64,000 nt of DNA, taken from assembly GCA_012295275.1 (NCBI GenBank), contig CM022675.1, positions 14,508,001 to 14,572,000 of the forward strand, written 5' to 3'. The position numbers and the translations under genes were made by a program. Below are positions 56,684-64,000 of this stretch, in pieces. The notes beneath the pieces are model-generated. The model was given only the letters and a program-made list of their open reading frames with translations. It was not told the DNA's origin and searched no databases. Each line of letters begins with the position of its first letter. Position 1 is the first letter of the stretch. The DNA comes from Chrysomallon squamiferum (taxonomy: Eukaryota; Animalia; Mollusca).

Positions 56684-57497
56684 TGACTTTTATAATTTAT
56701 CTTTGATTTTTGCTTATATTTTAATTTAGTTTTCTTTGTTTTGTTGTGATTCTTTTTCTTCCTCTTCTTCTTAAAGTCCACTAGTAATACTACAACTTAA
56801 ATAATATTAGATAATGATGATAAAGGTGATGATGATTATAACTAAGTTTATTATCATTGTCGTGGTTTGTTCATGTTCTTGTTGTTATTATTATTATGAT
56901 AATGATGACGATGATGATGATTACAACTGTTTTAATGTTGTTATTATTAGTAGTAGTAGTATCATTATCATTATTTTGTCATTACATTTATGTAATTAAT
57001 AATTAAAACAGACTTCTAAAAGTCTATCTGCACGTTGAATGTTTACAGTGATATTGTTCATGCATGTTGTATCAGCGCCCTCTGACAGTCAGAAAAATAA
57101 ACAGCGATTTCCTTTCCACGAATAACGCTCTACATTCGACATAGTTCAGTCAGTGTTTTAACGTCTCCATTTCAAAACGAGACATCATTAATTTGCCTAT
57201 AGTCTTTGAGAAGATCAACGACAAAGGCTATTTGGATAGTAAACCCATTTTCTGATATTTTGGATCCAATCCTGAAAGGAATGGGATATCAGTCAGTTTA
57301 ACACTGCAACAGACTCAACACAAAAAGCAATCTAAATACTTTAAGCGCATTTATTTATTTGTTTATTTATTTATTGTTTGTTTGTTTATTTGTTTATTTA
57401 TTTGTTTGTTTATTTATTTATTTAACTGTTTATTTGTTTGTTTGTTTGGTTGGTTGGTTGTTATTTTGTTTGTCTTCCTTAAAAAAATAATAATTAA

Positions 57498-57563
<66 letters not shown>

Positions 57564-58059
57564 TTGAATAGAATTTTAAGAGCGCTTATGATATTTGGAT
57601 AACCTTCTGTTTATGAGTTACAAGAAAATTAATTTTGTTTTTTTGCTTTCTTGAATTTTTTCTTTTTGTGTTACTCTACCCTTTGATATGACAAAACTGA
57701 CAGGAACAGCAAAATGCTGAAGATCGTTAAAACAAAACTGAACACCACTTTTAAAACATTTGTTTATTTACAGTAATACATATCTGAATTTGGTTTTTCA
57801 AATTTCCATCTGTTAGGTCTTGAGCAAGATTCATATAACATGAAAAGAGTTTCTTTTAAAAATCTTACTTAATGTCACGAACCGTTCAGTGTATTTGGTT
57901 TTAGAAAATAAAACGTTTCAAGTTACCCAGACCTTTTTTGTAGTGACAGAGGTGTTTTGAAAAAAATCATGTTTATTGAGAAAAACTATTTTTATTTTTT
58001 TTATCATCAATAAACTTTAGTAAATGAACTGTGAGTACTGTGTGTATTATTGTTGTTGA

Positions 58060-58123
<64 letters not shown>

Positions 58124-59051
58124 GGTGTTGTCGTTGCTGTTATTATTTTTGTATTAGTATTATTATTCTTGTTGTTATTATAATTATGATTATTGTTATT
58201 GTTATAATTATTATCATCGTCATTATCATTGTTGTTGTTGGTATTATTGTTATGGTTATCATCATCATCATCTATATTTCTATCGTCTGCCACTATCATT
58301 ATCACATTTGTAAATTTTTCCAGCATGCAGCCACACACTACGTTAAATAGAATAGACTTTAAGTTCTTCTCTTTGCCGCTAGCATGGTGGCCTTTATTCA
58401 GCTGATAAATCACACTCTGTGATCCGACACAACGATGTATCTATACATCTACATCAGACGATACATTACCTTCACTCGGGTTACACTTCCAGGCTCATAA
58501 ATGCGGCAGAATTTCAGGTCATATCAACCGAGCATTTATCAAAGGAAAATATACAATGTTGTCAAGTTCGTCATTGACAAGCAAATCTCCTTCATGCCAC
58601 ACAGAGAATTTTTTTGACTAAAATGATACTGAATATTATTATTTTTAGTATAGTGCGTCTGTGTGTGGGTGCGTGTGCATGTCTGTACCAGAATAATCTG
58701 AAAATGGTCAAAAACAAATAATATGCTGTGACTGGACATGAGACTTGACTGAAATAATTATAAATTTAAAACGATTTCCATAGATAGCATTAATGTTTAA
58801 CTGATCTTTTGTAAAATCATTTATTATTGTTGTTGATGTTGTTGCTGGGTTGTTGTTGTTATTATTATTATTGTTGTTGTTTTATTATTATTATTATTAC
58901 TATAATCATCATCATTATTATTATTATTATTATGATTATTAGAATTATTAGTATTCATGAATTCATGAATTTATTATTGTAAGAATATTATTAAATATTT
59001 TGTATACTGGAAATTAACATAAATATATTACATTTCTGAAGTTGTTAAAGC

Positions 59052-59106
<55 letters not shown>

Positions 59107-60541
59107 TAATGACAACAACAACAATAACAGGAGTAACAATGATAATAATAATAATAACTATTTTACTTCTGCATATTTCTTGTGTTTTTGTTTTTTGTTA
59201 TTGTTTAATATTTAATTGTTTTTACTTATTTATTTACTTTTATACTAATTAAGTTAATTAAAATATCTATTGTAAAAAAAGGTATGTTATGTTATTTTTT
59301 ATTTTGCATCCTTTTCTATTTATGTATTTCTTTATTATTTTTACTTTCATGTTTATTTATTCGTTTATCCATTTACTTAATTATTCACTGATATAGTCAT
59401 TCATTCATTCATTCATTCATCAATCCATCCATCCATTTGTTTGTTTATTTGTTTACGTGAATGTATAACATATATATAAATCCTATCACACAGTATTTCA
59501 TTTGTTTATTTTATTCATCGCATTCAACTTCATTTCATTATGACATGATTTCTCATGTCAAAATTATTCAAAAGACAAAGAAAAATCTCATACAGTAAAT
59601 ATGAACATCTAGCATCATTTTAATTCAGTTACTGGGTGTGTGTCTTTTATCAACAAACAACTCTTCAGAGTAAAGACCCACTTCATTTTGAGTAGCCACT
59701 TCATTTTGAGTAATCACTTCATTCCATCATCTTAACCTCCATGAAAGTTTACAGATTTTTTTTACCACTGTTTTTGTGCATTCTATGTTTGTATGCACTT
59801 CATTTTGAGCAAGTATTTCACTCAGTCACATGGCTTATATATCAATCTTATTTGAGTACTTTTGTGACCAATTCCGTGTGATTTTATGTGTTGTAGCCAG
59901 TACATTTTGAGTGGCACTTCAGTATTCAGTACGTTTTCGCTTCACTGAAGTTCTGAGTTTCACTGAGATTACGAATGTCATAGATATTTCGTATTTTAGA
60001 GAGGAAATGGACTTCACTGCTTCATTCACTGAGTTTTCATTTACATTTCTGATACTAAAAATGGTGTTTTCGAATTATTCATTAGTTCTGTAAGTCGATA
60101 TTCATATTCGAATATTCAAACTGAAATTATAAACTGTGCTTGCTGTTGAAGTAGCTGTGGTGAAAGCAGTTAAAATATATGACATTGTGTATGAGAAAAG
60201 AAACATATGCAACGTCAGTCACCATGTTAACGATACCATTTCATCATCTAAATTGTACCTTCGTTATATCAGATTTCGAATATATCTTTCTTCTTTTTTT
60301 TCTTTTTTTTTTTTTCTTTTCTTTTTATTCATTTGGGTATAATTATTACAGGAAATTTGTTTCAGTTTTTAAACAATTTTTTTTCTCATCTTTTTCATCC
60401 TCTTTCTTTTCTAAGGAATAATAATTTCAAAAGGTCGGAATAGGAATATTGAATTGCTTCCGCTTCTCCTTTTTGCACGCATGAGCAGTTAGATGAAAGG
60501 GACGTAACTCATGTATCACAGTTAACTGTTCAAACACGTTG

Positions 60542-60709
60542 TTAAACTTTGGGTATTCTTGACACGTCGTCTGCTTCGTTGAGGCTCGTAGACGACGTCA
60601 CATTAGGCGCCATGATGGGTTTCAGCTGACCATCAACTTTGTCTTTGACAAGTTTTGTTCCTTTCACTCGTTTCCACTTCATACGTCTGTTCTGAAACCA
60701 AACTTTTAC
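60542..60709 (-). CDS. Mox: Mox/Meox homeobox gene B, exon 3 (VKVWFQNRRMKWKRVKGTKLVKDKVDGQLKPIMAPNVTSSTSLNEADDVSRIPKV*)
   Basis: Not in the ORF track; read by hand. Acceptor TTTCTTTCACAG| at 60710, helix 3 identical to Mox-A, and TAA ending at 60542. Confidence 0.95.
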   Translation of the reverse strand, partial: VKVWFQNRRMKWKRVKGTKLVKDKVDGQLKPIMAPNVTSSTSLNEADDVSRIPKV

Positions 60710-61118
60710 CTGTGAAAGAAAAAATTCAGTAAAACAATTAAATTAATTATAGTACCAACAACTACTACTGCAACTTTTAATAAGTAAAACCATACAACTA
60801 GTGCCACGACAACCACCACTACTACTACCACTACTTTTACTACTGCTGCTGCTACTAATAATAATAATAAGAAGAAGAAGAATGATGATGTTGATATACC
60901 GAGACAGATAGAAAGACAGACAGACAGAGATAGAGAGACAGAGCGACAGACAGTGAGACAGTCATATAGACAGAAAGAAAGACAGTAAAAAAAGGCAGTC
61001 AGACATTCAGTCATTCAGACATTCTTAGAGAGAGAGACAGACAGATAGTCAGACAGACAGAAAGACAGACAGACAATCAGACAGACATAGAGACATACAG
61101 TGAGCCAGACAGGTATAC

Positions 61119-61288
61119 CTGACGTTCTGTGAGATCTAGTGAGACGGCTAGCTCGTAACGACGTAAACGCGTGAGATAGTTGTGAGAGTTGAACTCTTTC
61201 TCTAACTCTTGTATCTGGTGCTTGGTGAACGCCGTCCGCTCCTTGCGAGGTTTCACCGACAGGTCGAGTTTGTACGGGTCGGGAGACT
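61119..61288 (-). CDS. Mox: Mox/Meox homeobox gene B, exon 2 ([57 protein letters not shown])
   Basis: Meox-diagnostic homeodomain. Acceptor GTTTCAG| at 61289 and donor CAG|GTATAC at 61119/61118, with the same phases (1, 0) as Mox-A. Confidence 0.96.
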
Positions 61289-62172
61289 CTGAAACACACA
61301 AATACACATCAGTATCATACAGTGTGCTAATGCATTGTCTAGCAAAGTACAGCAAAGCTAAGCATAGAATTATTATTATTTGTTGTTGCATGTTTTTTTG
61401 TTTTTTTTTTATTATCATCATATCATCATTATTAAAGTCACTATTATTATTATAAGTATCATTATTATCGTTATTATTGGGCTTTTTTTGATATGGTTCC
61501 TGTTTTTATTGTTGTTGTTGTTATTATTATTATTATTATTGCACGCACGTACGTCCACACAACATATAAACACACACACACACCTATGCAAAATATTCGG
61601 ATACAAAATAAGAAATAACTGGAGTTAACTCTATCATCAAAGAGAAATGATTTGATTATTGTAACCTGTTTATTACTACACGTTAAGAACTTCAAGAAGA
61701 ATTTGCTAACTCGAGAAACGAACAACCATCTGCGTCAACTAAAAGTGGCATAAACAACTATGTAAACAGAATAAGGAAATTCACACATATTAGAATGTTT
61801 ATTACGACTAAATGCCATAATTTCAAATCTTTCAATAACAAAGCAAAGAACATCAAATAATAGCATAAGGAATACAAAAATAAGTAAATAATAAAAATCA
61901 GAAACACTTGTGTCTAATTTTAGAACAATCTGAGTAAAACCACGGCGCAGTCAGCCACTGTTTTGACAGATTATCCAGACACTGCTACAACGACAACTGT
62001 CAGCAGAGAACATCAGCAGTGCAAGAGAGGAGCGATGATTCATGAACCGACAGCATCGACGTCTCTGACACACGTCATCGCCAACCTGAGAAGCGAACTC
62101 AGAAAAACTGTTGAACGTAAACAAATCTTCTGTTTACATTTTCTACAAGTTTCAAATACCTGCAGGTGAGTG

Positions 62173-62892
62173 TAAAGGTAATTTTTGTATATGTAAAGGA
62201 TCTAATACTACTGTAGATAATTTTGGTATATAAAGGATCTAATATTACTGTAGGTAATTTTTGTATATGTAAAGGATCCAATACTACTGTAGATAATTTT
62301 GGTATATAAAGGATCTAATACTACAGTAGGTAATTTTTGTATATGTAAAGGATCCAATACTACTGTAGATAATTTTGGTATATAAAGGATATAATACTAC
62401 AGTAGGTAATTTTTGTATATGTAAAGGATCCGATAAAATTTTGGATCTAATCTAATACTACAGTAGGTAATTTTTGTATATGTAAAGGATTTAATCTATA
62501 AAGGATTTAATCCTACTACTAGTAATTTTTGTATATAAAGGATCTAATACACTGTAGGTAATTTTTATATCACCAGAAATAATCTTCAAGTAAAACATTT
62601 AAAGGATTTAATATTACAGTAGGTAATTTTTGCATATATAAAGGATCTAATACTTCTGTAGGTAATTTTTGTATATGTAAAGGATTTAATCCTACTGGTA
62701 GTAATGTTTGTAAATATAAAGGATCTAATACTACTGTAGATAATTTTGGTATACGTAAAGGATCTAATATTACTGTAGGTACTTTTTATACATAAAGGAT
62801 CTAGTACTACTTAGGTCATTTTTGTTTATATTAAGGATCTAGTACTACTGTAGGTAATTTTGATATATATAAAGGATCTAATACTACTGTTG
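62173..62892 (+). repeat. Minisatellite of about 37-41 bp units in Mox-B intron 1
   Basis: Unit TAAAGGATCTAATACTACTGTAG(G/A)TAATTTT(T/G)GTATA(TG), more than 15 degenerate copies. Confidence 0.93.
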
Positions 62893-63299
62893 TTATTTTT
62901 TTGTATCACCAGGAATAATCTTCAAGTAAAAAATGTTCTTTTCACTTCACAGAATTTTATAAGTTTTTGAAACATGTTTACTGTGTCTGCAACGCCTCAT
63001 TAATGTTAATTTATGTATCATTAAAAAAAAAATCCTACTGCTACCCTACTACTATTCCGGCTATTACTACTTCTACTGCTACTACTACTGATACTAATGC
63101 TATTACTATAACTATTGTTGTTGTTGTTGTGGCAGAAACAGTAGTGGTTTTAATAATAATTGTAGATGTGGTTGAGGTAGTGGTTTTGGTAGAAGTAGCA
63201 GCAGCAAAACAGCGTTGTGTTGTTATTTTTATTTATTTATTTATTTATTATTTATCTCTTTATTTAATTTTTTCCAGTTTTGGTAATGACTAAGAAAGA

Positions 63300-63830
63300 G
63301 GAATCAGGACACTGGAGAACTGCTCTGAGATACAAAACAGTGTAAACATTGACTGTTGTTATTTTTAACACAGTGTAACGTTGACTGGTTTATTATTTAC
63401 TGTGAAGAGAACTGCTTTGAGATTTAAACGTTTTTACGAGCAGGGAATCAACTCTGTGGACTGTGAAGAGAACTGTTTGGTAATGACACTACGAGCAGGG
63501 AATGAACTCTGTGGACTGTGACTGAGATACAAAACAGTGTAAACATTGACTGGTAAGAAGACACTATGAGCAGGGAATCAACTCTGTGGACTGAGATGCA
63601 ACTGGTAAGAAGACACTACGAGCAGTGGAATGAACTCTTGAAGAGAACTGCTCTGAGATACAAAACAGACAACTCTGTGGACTGTGAAGAGAACTGCTCT
63701 GAGATACAACACAGTGTAAACATTGACTGGTAAGAAGACACTATGAGCAGCAAATCAACTCTGTGGACTGTGAAGAGAACTGACAACACAGTGAGGTAAG
63801 AAGACACTGACACAACATTGATCTGAGCAG
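63300..63830 (+). repeat. Shuffled modular repeat in Mox-B intron 1
   Basis: The blocks GAGCAGGGAATCAACTCTGTGGACTG, TGAAGAGAACTGCTCTGAGATACAAAACAG and TGTAAACATTGACTGGTAAGAAGACACTA recur in varying order and with deletions. Confidence 0.88.
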
Positions 63831-63981
63831 TGACGAGATGACATATTGATCTGTTTTTCACAGCAGAGTAACGTTACAATCTGCTGTTTACAAAGCAGTA
63901 TATAGTGGTACCAGTGTAAGAATTATGACTTTCTATCACGCTTTTTACTTCTGCTCCTAGGAATTTCCTCTTTATACATAC

Positions 63982-64000
63982 CTGTCTCCCCGTTGTTGTG
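63982..64000 (-). CDS. Mox: Mox gene B, probable 3' end of exon 1 (...HNNGET, truncated by the window edge)
   Basis: The minus strand reads CAC AAC AAC GGG GAG ACA G|GTATGT, a good donor that joins G|AG (Glu) to exon 2 without a stop. Only 19 nt are visible. Confidence 0.6.

Noticed and set aside
60542-61288. Mox-B as a haplotype or assembly duplicate of Mox-A
   Set aside because: Synonymous divergence is extensive, and the introns and distal C-terminal tails differ, so it is a true paralogue.

Overview
AT-rich, microsatellite-dense eukaryotic DNA with GT-AG introns, from a bilaterian invertebrate (probably a lophotrochozoan such as a mollusc; this is inference). I reconstructed four spliced genes by hand. 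(1) + strand, 1325-2683: three coding exons give a 120-aa secreted helical protein I cannot assign to a family. (2) + strand, 5042-6673: four coding exons give a 231-aa precursor with a signal peptide, an amphipathic segment, a C-x3-C-x3-C-x8-C-x3-C-x3-C module, an RVKR furin site, two canonical EF-hands and a basic tail. (3) - strand, 31816-9804: a complete three-exon Mox/Meox homeobox gene (288 aa, called Mox-A here) with an 18.4-kb first intron. (4) - strand, from beyond 64000 to 60542: a second, tandem Mox paralogue (Mox-B) whose exon 1 runs off the window edge. The rest is non-coding: microsatellites, minisatellites, local duplications and CpG-rich islands carrying transcription-factor-like motifs. 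Most short ORFs in the supplied track are translated microsatellites. The best candidates for novelty are the peptide/EF-hand precursor and the tandem Mox pair with its regulatory landscape.
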